This document shows, one piece after another, positions 38,330 to 51,429 of a DNA stretch of 64,000 bases. The notes beneath the pieces were generated by a model that was not told the origin of the DNA, ran no database searches, and was given only the letters and a program-made list of their open reading frames with translations. The DNA is from Isurus oxyrinchus. Taxonomy: Eukaryota. A program made the translations under genes and the position numbers. Within the stretch, counting starts at the first letter, position 1; the number at the start of each line of letters is the position of its first letter. The stretch is taken from the NCBI GenBank assembly GCA_026770705.1, contig JANJGN010000150.1, positions 620,001-684,000 on the forward strand, in the 5' to 3' direction.

Positions 38330-39060
38330 TGTAGGAACATAAGAAATAGGGACAGGAGCAGGCCATTCGGTCCCTCCAGCCTGCTCTCACTGATCTGGTT
38401 GCGGCCTTAACTCCATTTTCCTGCTTGTCCCCCAAACCGTTGACTCCCTTGTCGATCAAAAACCTGCCTCACTCAGCCTTGAGTCTATTCAATGGCCCAG
38501 CCTCCACTGCTCTCTGGGGAAGAGAATTCCACAGGCTAGCGCCCCTCTGAGAGAGGAAATTCCTCCTCATCTCAGTCTTAAATGGGAGAGCCCTCATTCC
38601 GAAACTGTGCTCCCTGGTTCTAGATTCCCCCACGAGGGGGAAACATCCTCCCAGCATCCACCCTGTCAAGCCCCCTCGGAATCGGATATGTTTCAATAAG
38701 GTCACCCCTCATTCTTCTAAACTCCAATGGATACAGGCCCAACCTGCTCAACATTTCCTCACAGGACAAACCCTTTAATCCCAGGAATCAGCCCAGTGAA
38801 GCTTCTCTGAACTGCCTGTACACAATGATCCTGTTACAATCTCACTAACACCCTGTGCAGCTGCTGCAAGACTTCCCTCCTTTTATACTCCATCCCTTTG
38901 CAATAAAGGCCAACATTCCACTTGCCTTCCTCATTCCGTGGTGTTCCTGAATGCTGACTTTCTGTGATTCATGTACCAGGACACCCAGATCCCTCTGTAC
39001 TGCATTCTGCAGCCTGTCTCCATTTAAATTATATCCTGTTTTTCTATTCTTCCTGACAAT
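38330..39060 (-). mobile_element. CR1 LINE 3' fragment (paralogous copy at 53660-54430)
   Basis: QRDLGVLVHESQK and FKTEMRRNFLSQR peptides. Confidence 0.85.
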
Positions 39061-39180
39061 ATAATTTGTTGCCATTCTCCTCAGTATTGACCATCCCCCC
39101 AATTCAGCCTCATCTGTAAATATCGGGTTCAGTGGATCCACAAACCATTCAGAGTTAAATATTGAGATTTCACTCCCCAG

Positions 39181-39546
39181 CTGAACCCTCGCAAGAGTGG
39201 AAAGGTGACACTCCACGAGAGGTGACAGTGCAGGAAGGTTCCTGTGTACAGATTCCATGTCATTACAGTTATCCATCGTGTCTGGAAAACCAACCGTGAG
39301 GTGGAGTCTGGTTTAATAATGAGGAATGGAGAACATCGTCTATAGCCTTTCACACCAAGGATCACAGTCACGAGTTACCACGGTTCCACCATCGGACCCG
39401 GCTGTCTGGAGACCTGAAAGATGGCGACTGTTCCCTGATTATAAACAACATCAGACGGGAAGATGCGGGTCCTTATTTTTTCAGAATAGAATTTGACAAT
39501 GGTCCGAGCCATAACTATTACCCTGTAACCCAGCTTCACGTTTCTG
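39181..39546 (+). pseudogene. Gene B V2 exon, inactivated
   Basis: CGA->TGA stop at 39297-39299 and donor changed to G|ATAAGT. Confidence 0.88.
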
Positions 39547-40274
39547 ATAAGTGCTGTGTTATAATTACTCAACAATTCACATTCAACACTCAATGGGAAA
39601 TAACACAAACTGTGACGTTTACGTATTAACACAAAACACAGCTTATTATAACACACTGTCTGATTCTCAATAACCTGGTGATAGCTTCCAGTTCACTCCT
39701 AAAGCAACCTCTAATACTCACTTTAATATCAATGATTAAATGTATTGACTGTGTCCATCAATGTTATCAGGTTATCCACTCCTATCGATCTCTCTAATCC
39801 TGACTCGAAGTCTGACTTAGCGACAGAAGAAAGATTCACATTTCTGTAGCACCTTTCACCACCTCAGCATGGACCAAATCACTTCACAGCCAATGAGCTG
39901 ATTCCTGAATTGTAGTTACTATTGTAATGTGGGAAACACAGCAACCAATTTGCACACAGCAAGCTCCCACAAATTGCAAAGTAAAAAATGGCCCAGATCG
40001 CTGAGGGACTGATGGGTTAGTGCACTCCAAACTCTGGTCTGCTCCACCACCCTCACCCACTATTATCAGTTCAAGTGTCTCGGAGTGAACGTGTATTAAG
40101 CTGAGAGACAGAAACACCAAAGTCTCAAAGCAGGAAATTCTCTCCTAATCATTGTAACCTCTCAGATCTGATATCATCCTTGTAAAAGTGCTTTTTCTTG
40201 TGGGACTGTGATTTCTATTTGAACTGATGCTTCACGTTATATTTCTCTAAAAGGATCCATTCTCTGTCTGTTAG

Positions 40275-40571
40275 ATTTCACAGATAAACCCACGATATTC
40301 CCTGCTGAAATTATTGCAGGAAAGCCTGTGGATGTAAGCTGCACCTTCAACACAACGTGCAATGGAACAGCAGCACCTGTCTTAACCTGGGACACTCCCA
40401 CTGACGTACCTGGATCAGTCTCAAACACTGTAACTCAGCATGGTGTCACTCTGACCTATACTTCTGTTCTGACCCTGATCCCATCACTCAAACACCACGG
40501 ACACACTCTCAGCTGCAGAGTGAGATATCCATCTGTTTCATCGGAGCGGACCCTCATACTAACTGTGCAAG
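40275..40571 (+). CDS. Gene B Siglec domain-2 type C Ig exon
   Basis: 297 nt, intact, almost identical to gene A 12766-13062. Donor G|GTTAGT. Confidence 0.9.
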
Positions 40572-40894
40572 GTTAGTTTGGACACCCTTCATTCTACATC
40601 AGCACTCCCTCAGCGCTGACCCTCTGACAGTGCAGCCCGTTCTCAGTGTCCACATTCTCATGCCTCTCAAAGTGCTTCACAGTCGATAGAAGTTAACTGA
40701 TCTTTATTTGATTGTTGCTGAATGAAGAGACAAGCTGTCTAAACTTTACATCTCACACACATTATTTTCCATGGCAACACCTCCTCCAATCAGTGACCAC
40801 TTGCTGATTAACCAGCACTCTCTTCCCTTTAAATATAAATTGTTGTTCACTTTCTGTTGGTAAACCTGCAATCTGTCTTGTTGAGTCCGGTCCT

Positions 40895-41032
40895 GACATC
40901 TGAATATCACAATGAACAGAACAAGTTCCAACAATGAGCTGTGGTTGGTGATTCCTGGAGACTGGAGACTATCAGTGTGCTCAGAGAATGAACATGGAGC
41001 AGTGGAGGGGTTCATAACCATCACTGTGGAAC
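40895..41032 (+). pseudogene. Gene B C2 exon remnant (5' half and acceptor lost, internal deletions)
   Basis: Only the MNRTSSNNELWLVIP...ENEHGAVEGFITITVE part is recognisable, with deletions relative to 10227-10508. Confidence 0.8.
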
Positions 41033-42153
41033 GTTAGTTAAGACAAACTTCAACATCTCTCTCAGATTGAAACACTACAAAAACACACATAAATATCCAG
41101 CCTTAAATAGACACCTGCAGACACACAATCCCACATCTATGAGCACACACAAAGACATACTCACAAACAAACACACTAGCACATACTCCCCTGTGGATTA
41201 CCTGACCTCCCTCAGTGCTGCACCGGAGAGTTGACCTGGATTCTGGGATTTGTGTTCCCTTTCATATTTATGGAAGAATATGGAAATTGCAAAGTCTATT
41301 ACAGACACTCAGATGCACAGAGATACTCACAGATACTCTCTGCCTCTCCAACTCTCTATCCTACTTTAAGAACCTTCCTGAAATCTAACTCTTTGACCAG
41401 TCACCAGTCCCAATTCCTCCTTACGTGATTTTCTGTGAAATTTTGTTTGAGTATCTGAGAGTAAGAGGGAAGTGGAGAGGTTTAGGAAGGGAATTCCTGT
41501 TGCTGAAAAGCTTACATCAAGTTCTCAGCTTTCCAGTGCCCATTTTTCACATGATGTCCAATGTCCTTGTTCATAATGGAGATTGCCTATGTAAACGTCA
41601 CGCTGTAGTTACACTCTCCCACCAGTGGTAGCACGGTCGCACTTAACCCTTGCATCTCCAAGCTTTTCAAGCAATTTCACTTCCTAATTTCCTACTATTC
41701 ACCTCAACCATTCCCTGTGGGAGCGAGTTCCACATTCTCCCCTCTCTCTGGGTAAAGATTGGAACTGTTTATTAAGCGGGGGGTGTAAGTCTGTGGGGGA
41801 GTCCATCTCGATCCTGCCCGATTCGCACACGCGTCCGAGATGGATTTCCACCCGGCACTAAACGTTTCCAGAATTTTCTACAGCACAATCCTGTACACAG
41901 CGATGGAGAGAAACATTGGACAGGGAGTCCAACAGCACAATGATCCATTCTCACCAATGTTCCACGCTAAGGGGAAAGTTCCGATTGTCCACTCTTAGAG
42001 TGTTTACAATGAAAACATTCATTCCACATTGAATCCCAGTGGATGGGTCAATATTACAGCAAATGTTGCAGTGATATGAAGCTTGATTGTTCAGCCAGAG
42101 TGAGAGATTGAAAGCGGAGAGTCAGTGATGATTTCTTTCTGTGTGTTCTCTAG

Positions 42154-42293
42154 ACAGTGGAGGAGAGATTCTGCACGTGATCCTGATCCTGGGAATACGA
42201 GCTGTGATATTCCTTGTGCCTGTGGTTATCACTATCGCTGGAGTCTGTGTCTGGGAGAGACAAACAGTGAAAGGAAGTCGACAGACTGTTTGA
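42154..42293 (+). CDS. Gene B terminal TM exon with intramembrane Arg and short tail (activating type)
   Basis: Polypyrimidine TCTCTAG acceptor, phase 1. SGGEILHVILILGIRAVIFLVPVVITIAGVCVWERQTVKGSRQTV*. Arg codon at 42198-42200. Confidence 0.82.
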
Positions 42294-42409
42294 AGCTTTG
42301 TACAGCAACAATCTGGTCAGTCAGTGCGGACAAATAACGTGTGATGTTGGGTTAAGTTGTAATGAAACTGGTCAGTGTCCTGGTTAGAATCACCTTCGTA
42401 TCAGAGAGG

Positions 42410-43010
42410 CATTCCAGCACAGTGGGAGCCCATTCAGCCCATTGAGTCCATGCTGCCTCTCTGTAAAGCAATACAGTCAGTCCCATTCCCCCGCTCTATC
42501 CCCGTATCTCTGCAAGTTTATTTCCCCTCAAGTGTCCATCCAATTTCCTTTTGAAATCGTTCATCGTCTCAACTTCCACCATCCTCGTAGGCAGCGAGTT
42601 CCAGCTCATTACCACTCGCTGTGTAAAAAAGTTCCTCCTCACATCGCCCCTCTGCCCAAAACCTTCAATCTGTGTCCCCCAGTCCTTGTCTCATCAGCTA
42701 ATGGCAACAGCTTCTCTTTGTCTGCCTTATCTAAACCCATCATCATCTTGTACACCTCGATCAGATCCCCCCTCAATCTCCTTTGCTCCAAGGAGAACAA
42801 CCCCAGCTTCTCCAACCCAACCTTGTAGCTAAAATCCCTCATCCCTGGACCCATTCTGCTCAATCTCCTCCCCACCCTCTCAAGGACCCTCACTTCCTTC
42901 CCAAAGTGAGGAGACCAGAACTGGACACAATACTCTAGTTGTGACATAACCAGAGCTTTATAAATGTTCAGCATAACCTCCCTGTGTTTGTTCTCAATCC
43001 CTCGATTTAT
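42410..43010 (-). mobile_element. CR1 LINE 3' fragment in the gene B 3' UTR region
   Basis: LEYCVQFWSP...LGLFSLEQRRLRGDLIEVYK. Confidence 0.85.
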
Positions 43011-43370
43011 GAAAAGCTTATTCTTTCCATCAGCACAAACAGCAATTTCCAAGCGGACTCCCATCAGCAGACAGAGTGCAATGAAACATCGGCATGCCTG
43101 CTTCTTAATGTACGGAGAGAAACCTGGAACGAGAGATTCTCCTTCTTCTCCTCAGCAAGCTGAAACTTTTCCTTATACCTGGTGCTCCCCAGTCCTGCTG
43201 TGTGGACACATCATAACCACGGCATTGTCTGGCTGTGTGCAGCCAACATGGTCGAATAGGAATGAACAGAAATGTGACGTTGCTAAACTCTGTTCTCTGA
43301 TTGGAATGTGCTTTCTGAATGCTGCACCTTTTTCATGCTGCGATAGATTGTAAGAAGCATTTGTGTTATG

Positions 43371-43376
43371 AATAAA
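43371..43376 (+). terminator. Candidate polyadenylation signal of gene B
   Basis: AATAAA just after a block homologous to the putative 3' UTR at 24.4-24.6 kb (minus). Confidence 0.4.
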
Positions 43377-43729
43377 ATTACATTGATTTACTCAAGTGAT
43401 TAAAATGCTCAGCCTGTTCTGTAAATATTTATAGATTAAAATTCTTATTTTGAAGCCAAATTTTTGGCTCAAAGACATTACTTCATGTTGTCACATTTGT
43501 TCTATCATACAAATTCCTGTGCCCATCTTTATAATGGAAATTTCCCATGTAAACATGTCACATTGTAGTTTCACACTCCTGCCAGTGGTGGTGCCATTCC
43601 AAAGCTGTCTTGCTGCACCAAACTGAGAAATATTCTCGACGTGTACATGATGTTGTTGTTACACGGACATCAGGCGGAACCTTGGGCAGTGCCTAGAATG
43701 CACTTAGGACAGTGCAGACCACGCTCAGA

Positions 43730-45555
43730 ACTGACAGTGCAGCGTTTCCTCAGTGCTGACCCTCCATCAGTGCAGCGTTCCCTCATTACTGTCCCTCTGA
43801 CAGTGCTGCACTACCTCATTATTGACCCTTTTCAAGTGCAGCACCCCGTCAGCACTGACCTTCTGACAGTGCAGCACTCCCTCTTGGATGACAATCTGGC
43901 AGTGCAGCACTCCCTCAGTACTCACTCACCCACAGTGCAGCATTCCCTCAGTACTGATCCTCTGATACTGTATCCCTCCCTCACTACTGACCTTCCGACA
44001 GTTCAGCACTCCCTCAGTACTGACGCTCCCACAGTGCAGCACTCCCTCAATTCTCACCCTCCCACAGTGCAGCCCTCCCTCTGTACACACCCTCCCACAG
44101 TGCAGCCCTCCCTCAGTACTCACTCACCCGAAGTGCAGCACTCCCTCAGTACTCCCCCTCCCACAGTGCAGCACTCCCTCAGTACTCCCCCTCCCACAGT
44201 GCAGCACTCCCTCAATTCTCACCCTCCCACAGTGCAGCACTCCCTCAGGACTCACCCTCCCACAGTGCAGCCCTCCCTCAGTACTCACTCTCCCGAAGTG
44301 CTGTGCGAGTTGTTTCAATCAAGACTGGTGCCCCAAGAGGGAGGTTTCAATGCTAAATCATTGAATTCCGTGAAAATTATTTTTAGGCTTACGGGAACAA
44401 GACTTAGTTCCTCAAATCCTTTCTTTTGCAATAACACACCGTACAAGAATCTCTGTTTAAATAAATTCCAGTTAAACTTTGCCATGAAAGGATATCTCCT
44501 CACGCTCCGCTCTACCTCAGTACTAACCCTCCCACAGTCCGGCACCCCCTCAATACTGACCCTCCAACTGTGCGGAACTCACTCAGTACAGACCCTCCGA
44601 CAGTGCAGCACTCCCACATTACTGACCCTCTGACAGTGCAGCCCTCCCACATTACTGACCCTCTGACAGTGCAGCACTCCCTCATTACTGACCACCTGAC
44701 AGTGCAGACCTCCCACATTACTGACCCTCTGACAGTGCAGCCCTCCCACATTACTGACCCTCTGACTGTGCAGCCCTCCCACATTACTGACCCTCTGATA
44801 GTGCAGCACTCCCTCATTACTGACCACCTGACAATGCAGACCTCCCACATTACTGACCCTCTGACAGTGCAGCCCTCCCACATTACTGACCCTCTGACAG
44901 TGCAGCACTCCCTCATTACTGATCCTCTGACAGTGCAGCACTCCCTCAGTACTCACTCTCCCACAGTGCAGCACTCCCTCAGTACTCACACTCCCACAGT
45001 GCAGCCCGCGCTCAGTACTCACCCTCCCACAGTGCAGCACTCCCTCAGTACTCACCCTCCCACTGTGCTGTGCGAGTTGTTTCAATCAAGACTGGTGCCC
45101 AAAGAGGCAAGTTTCAAAGCTAAATCATTGAAATCTGTGAAAATTATTTTTAGGGTTATGGGAACAAGACTTAGTTCCTCAAATCCTTTCTTTTGCAATA
45201 ACACACAGTACAAGAATTGTGTTTAAATAAATTCCAGTTAAACTCTGCCATGAAAGGATATCTCCTCACACTCCACTCTACCTCAGTACTAACCCTCCCA
45301 CAGTCCGGCACCCCCTCAATACTGACCCTCCAACTGTGTGGAACCCACTCAGTACAGACCCACCGACAGTTCAGCACTCCCACATTATTTACCCTCTGAT
45401 AGTGCAGCACTCCCTCATTACTGACCCTCTGATGTTGCAGCACTCCCACATTACTGACTCTCTGACCGTGCAGCCCTCCCACATTACTGACCCTCTGATA
45501 GTGCAGCACTCCCACAGTACAGTGCCGCTGACAGTGCAGCACTCCCTCCGTAATG
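43730..45555. repeat. 33-bp minisatellite with two embedded ~205-bp unique cassettes, at the B/C duplication boundary
   Basis: Tandem units, cassettes at about 44297-44503 and 45066-45270. Confidence 0.9.
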
Positions 45556-45831
45556 ATAACAGGGATCGTTGAAATGTATCATAAGGCCAGAGACCTGTAT
45601 TGGGAACTCTTATCGCCTGAGTTTCAGCCTCCGAGGTGAGGGGGAGGAGTCTAATCCCACGGAGCCAATGGAGAAGCTTGATGACTACAGCTGCCCAAAT
45701 ATGAGCTGACAGATCATCACATGGTAAACGTTTTGCTGAGAGCACAAAACATCCTCGATCTTCTCACTGGTTACCCACTTCCTCATTTTATCTCACAGTG
45801 ACACATCAACCCTTTCTAATTAAACACACAG

Positions 45832-45916
45832 AGGGAGCAGCACAGGAAGAGGTCATTCAGCCCAAGCAGAGCGTGTGGGCAGTTCCTCCCCAGGCGAGCA
45901 GTCGGACAAGTCCTGG
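45832..45916 (+). other. Copy of the 85-nt exon upstream of the gene C leader; possible 5' UTR exon
   Basis: Same cassette with intact AG and GTAAGT. Confidence 0.5.
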
Positions 45917-46366
45917 GTAAGTAACGGAACGATTGGAATTCACTTCCACGACCAACACCGTCCTTTGTTGATGTTGTGACTTTATAAAGACAGATTCCAA
46001 TGATTGATGCCTTTGAAAGATTTCTACTGATTATTGAGATCTGGGTGTGAGACTCAAGTCTGTTGCACAGAACATCTTTCTAGCTCAAGGGATGAGGGAA
46101 GTGCAGAGACATGAGCTTTGGGACGTCTTGAGGTGGTGAAAGGTGCTATAGAAATGCAAATCCTTCAATGTTTTTCTTTCTTAAAGCCTTGTAACTCTCT
46201 GCAGAGCACCTATCATCCCACAGAGAATCAAATTAGTCTGTCAAGACATTGTCCAAAAACAGTTCTGATCTCTTGAGAGCTGTCGGACAAGAGGTGAGGT
46301 CTCATTAACTCCTTTCTCTTTCAGAGTTTGAGAGTCAGAAGCTTATGAAATATTTGGGAGTGGACA

Positions 46367-46406
46367 ATGATCGGGAAATCCTACTTCCTCCTGTCACTTC
46401 TCCAAG
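46367..46406 (+). CDS. Gene C signal-peptide exon (coding part)
   Basis: ATG, MIGKSYFLLSLLQ, CAAG|GTAATA. Confidence 0.85.
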
Positions 46407-47899
46407 GTAATAACATCGTCAGCTCGGACAGGTTTATGGCTAATAGTCTTTGTAAAAGATCATTCTTATTGAGTGTGATTGGGAACCGATTCAGCAGTGA
46501 GCCAGTGTACAAACTCACACCAAGTCCCATTCACCCATCACCCCTGTGCTCACTGATATACACTGATTCCCTGTCTGACAGCAGAATTGGAGGAGAGCAG
46601 AGATCTCAGAGGGTTTTAGGGTTGGAGGAGGTTACAGGGATCGGGAGTGTAGAGGGGGGATGGTGGGGTAAGAAATCGATGATGAGAATTTGAAATTTGA
46701 GTCATTGCTGGACTGGGAGCCAGTGTAGGTCAGCCAGTGACAGGGGAGCGATCGGCTGAATAGAGAATCAGGAACACCAACTGGGGGATGAAGTCTATCC
46801 TGATGCTGGGACTCGGATAACAATGCCCTGAAATTTTGTGTCTTTTGCTGATTTTGTCAGAATTTCCCATGAAGACAACACAGCAGCTCCTAGAATAGAC
46901 AGGCTGTTCAGTGTCACACTTCCTGTCCATTCTCACCTTGCTAGAAACTTCAATAAGGGAGCAAGATAACTGAAAGAGAGAAGGAAGGTAAAGCTGTCTG
47001 TGTGTAAAACTGTCAAATATTCTTACTTATCATGATTGTCTCTGATCTGCTGCAGAGTTTTAAGTTCTCAGAACATTAGCACTTTGCAGCTCAGAGAGAG
47101 ACCATTGACTCACTGCCTGAAAGGCCGGTGGAAGCAGATTCAACAGGAACTTTCAGAAGGGGAACTGGATAAATACTTGAAGGGGACATTTTGCAGGGCT
47201 GTGGAGGAGAGAGCAGAGGTTAGAGTGGGACTAATTGGACAGATCTTTCAAAGGCCCAGCACAGGCTCGATGGGCCAAATGGCATCCTTCTGTTCTGGAT
47301 CATTCTACAATCTGATAAATTAAGCCCCACATCAGTAACTCTTCAGGCTCCTGCTGCAGGGATGGATCTTTGAGAAGGACAGGGAACAAGAGGTTCCTGG
47401 TATCATTTTCATATTTCTTGACAATTACATAAGTGTATAGATCTGTTGAATATTTGAGTCTCTAAAGCGTAGAGGTAATCTGCTGTTATGTCGAGATCTT
47501 GTGGTGGCAAAATTGTCTGGAGGTCTCTTTAATTGCTCACATTGATCTCTGGGATTGTCATTCTTTGATGTTGTCCCTGGTTTCAACTGACATTACACCC
47601 TTGATGCAATTGAGGAGGCTTTAAACTAATATGGCAGGGGATGGGATCCCGAGAGGAGGTTCAACAGAGAGAGATGCACAGCCAAAATTAGAAGAGAGAG
47701 CAAATGAACCTGGAAGGCATAGAAATTATTGGCCATTTAAGGCTCAAGATAGCATGGCAAAGTTGGATTGTATTAATTTTAATGCAAGGAGTCTGACAGA
47801 CTTGCATTCTCCTGCAGGTGTAATGTTGCAGCTCCCTTGAAACTGCCAATATTGTTGAATCTTTCTGCATATTTCAATGTTATGTCATGAACTGAGCTG

Positions 47900-49530
47900 A
47901 TGGGATAGTTTCTGAGACTGGGACAGACGTAAATCCATTGGTTTTCGGCCGGACCGGACAATCATGGAAGTGGGTGGGGCCAGAAAATCCCACCCCTATG
48001 GGAACATTTTCAGTTTATTTGATGTGCCCAGAGAGATCAATAAAGACCACAATCCACAATTTATTGGCAAGCCACGTCAGGATATGTGTGAGAGGTGGAA
48101 TATCGATCACCGCTCCTAGTCTCGTCGTGTACATCATCGCCATTTCCTGGTTTGTCAGTCACCACATGTATATGTTCCTGATGGGATAGCGGATGGTCAT
48201 TCTTATTGCTTGAAGGTTCCCCGTTGTGCAGGGTTTGTTTGGATCAGCGCACGGCTCTTTGTAGCTGCATCAGCCTTTGCTCTAGTGCCCTGCCGCTGTC
48301 AATGACCCTTTCTGCCACAAGCCTTGCAGGATTGGTGGAAAGCTGGGCATTTCCTTGGTGTCCGCAGAAGGCCACACCTTCCACACGTCTCACTAGGTTT
48401 GGATGTTCTAGTGAGTGTGCCAACAATTGATGTTGTACTGAGGACCTATAAGCTTCGTTGACCTGCGAGGATCACTTCGTATTTATGTCCATCCTAGAGT
48501 AACTCTTCAATGCTATAGGTTTTGGTCTTATCTAGCAGATCTTTCTGGAAGGCTTCCATGGGAGTGGATGCGATCACCAACTCAACAACTGTGTCTGCAG
48601 GCTCTGTGTTTGAAATCACAGTGCGTACCCTTTTCTCTACATCGGCTGATGAAGTGGTCTATGGATTGTGTAGGCTGATGAAATGACATAAACTCTAGTT
48701 GATGAATATGGAGTTTCACCTGATTCTGAACCTGTCTTCCAATGTCGTCCATATCTATTGGGGATCCTTTCGCTCTTCTGCTGTTAATCCTGACGTGTTC
48801 AGCCTGTGTAGACCTTCATTCCCAATCGCGAGGTGAATTTTTATGGGTGGTTCGTCTGGTTCAGTCACACCTGAATCAGGAAACCAGAGCTCTGTACGCT
48901 GTTTAAACATTCTGAATTCAGATAGTCGGTCAGCTACATCCCAGTTCAAACTGGGGAATTTCGTGGACATTCTGACAATATTCCTTTGACGTTCCTTCTT
49001 CTACAGGACCTGGGATGAGTGTCGCTTTAGCCCCTTTTGTGCGCTTTTCTGAAGCTCCGCCCACAGAGACGGGTTGTGGCAGGAACACACCACGGAGTAA
49101 TGGAGTCTTTGTTTTTTATTCAATTTGCTGTTCATCAATCTCAAAGCCGCCCGTTATAATCACTAACTTCTCTGGGCTGATTTTTATAATGGTTTTTGTG
49201 TGTTTGAATCTCCCTCGCTCACTATCGATCCAGCCCACACCCTGGTCACTCGCCTTCCCTGATGAGCTAACCCGCTGCTGGTCCTGGCAATACACACTGT
49301 CCCACTCACTGACCTACAGGCCGTGTGCTGTAATCTCACCACGAGGGATCCGTCTGCTCCCCAGCTCTTTACTTGAGCTCTTTCCCGTCACTGTGTCTTC
49401 AAAGGTTTCCTGAGCAGTCAGTACACTGCGATTTCAACCCTCTCTGATGCTGTGTCTCTGTTGTGGTCTGACCAAAGCGTCGAGGGTCGTCTCATGCCAT
49501 GTAGTTCGATCTAAGGCTGTTCACCATGTC
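47900..49530 (-). mobile_element. Gypsy-like LTR retrotransposon gag remnant
   Basis: Decayed gag-like peptide (FPSLNW...EFRMFKQRTELWF...IGNEG) and PBS-like TGGTG after ...ACA near 49526. Absent from the gene B copy. Confidence 0.55.
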
Positions 49531-50824
49531 ATACCTGTACTGAATCTTGCTGCCAGAATGTTTGGCCACTGCTGATCACCATGTTGTGTTTTTATAATGA
49601 TATAAAGGCACCAGCCACTGATACGGAATTGGGTAAATACATTGTGGGTTCAGTTATTTAGAACAGGGACATGAGAACAGATATACAAGGATAGAAAGCT
49701 GGGAGACGCCTGCGGCCAAACTGTGTGAGCTGTGTTCTGCTCACAGGCCAAAGTGAAACTTGGACTGGATGGTGTTATCATCCCAGCTGATGTTACTACT
49801 GGGCAAGTCAGATCCCAGGGTGGAACTCAGCTTGATAGGTCCTAACTTTTATTTTTTATTTAGGAATGTGGAGTGCGGCTACTGAACAGATTCACAGGAG
49901 TCATCTGATGATCTTCTAACAAAAGAATAAAACATTTATTAAACTAGGAAAGACAAACTATATTACATTACACCTTCATCCAGATCTATACCTTTGCAGA
50001 TTCATAAGTAGAACACAAGTTACAATAACTATCTTATATTCTCATGTTCACACTAAGTGCACAGTCGATACAAACCAATAGACGACCTGTGGTCAGGGAC
50101 ACCACATTCTGAAAGCAAGTGGCAGAGCCCACTTGAAACAATATCTATGTCTCATCTGTCCCCAGACGCTTGTTACACTGTGAGCCAACCAGTCTCACTG
50201 AAAAGCTTCTTTCATATGAGAGTTTCCAATCTCCACTCTCCAAGAACTCACTTTGGAATCTCCTCCAACATGACACTTTCACTCAGACACCTTCCACAAG
50301 GGACCACTTTCACTATTTCAAACTCTCCTTCCCATGTTCCTGCCCCCTGGATCGCCACCTGCATTCAGCCTTCCTTCCACGCCCTGTCTCTCCAATGCTC
50401 AGCCGTGTCAATGGAACACCATGGCTTCACATGGCCGTAGTAATGAGTCACCAACCTGTGGTGTCTCCTAGGATCTTCTGGCTTCTCACAAGCCTATTTT
50501 GCTTTAGGCAAAACAAAATCAGCAAGTTAACCCAATGCCCCAGACAGTGGAATTCCAAATGCATTGTCCCCAACTTCAGTTCTGTTGGAGAACAGGCTTC
50601 TGCACAAACAGGGTCCTGAGGACCATGAACCAATGTAGAATGAACTTTTCTGCTTTTGTGTCCAGGATTCTCTTCCATCTGGTGTGATACCTTGTGGAGT
50701 TCATTGTGTGTCCTGTAGATGGTCCACACTGCAGCCACTGTGCCCCAGTGATGGAGGGGGTGGATAATGAGTCTTGTGGATCAACAAAACATCCAGAGTT
50801 AAATATTGATATTTCTCTCCCCAG

Positions 50825-51202
50825 TTGGATTGTCACAAGAGTGGAAAGGTGACACTCCACGAGAGGTGACAGCGCAGAAAGGTTCGTGTGTACAGATTCC
50901 ATGTCATTACAGTTATCCATCAGATTTGGTAAAGAAACCACATGTCGGAATCTGGAAAATGAGAAGCTACATACGGAACAAATGGTCTAAATGGTCTACA
51001 GCCTTTCACTCCAAGGATCACAGTCGCGAGTTACCACGGTTCCGCCATCGGACCCGGCTGTCTGGAGACCTGAAAGATGGCGACTGTTCCCTGATTATAA
51101 ACAACATCAGACGGGAAGATGAAGGACCTTATTTTTTCATGATAAAATTTGGCAATGGTCCGAGCCATAACGTTTCCCCTGTAACCCAGCTTCAGGTTTC
51201 TG
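50825..51202 (+). CDS. Gene C V-set exon V1 (essential Arg replaced by Met)
   Basis: 378 nt, phase 1-1. EDEGPYFFMIKF. Confidence 0.92.
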
Positions 51203-51429
51203 GTAAGTGCTGTGTTATAATTACTCAACAATTCACATCCAACACTCAATGGGAAATAATAGTGTTTGATTTGCTTGTTTTTTGGCCGTGTTAACCAGCG
51301 TCACTATTTTTAATGATTTGTCTATTTCTGCTCCCAGATCCATGAGCTTATTGTGTGTGATTGAATCCACATCATAGCTGTAATGTAAACCGAGCTGAGG
51401 GGTGATGACACCTCCCCCCTGAGTGAAGT

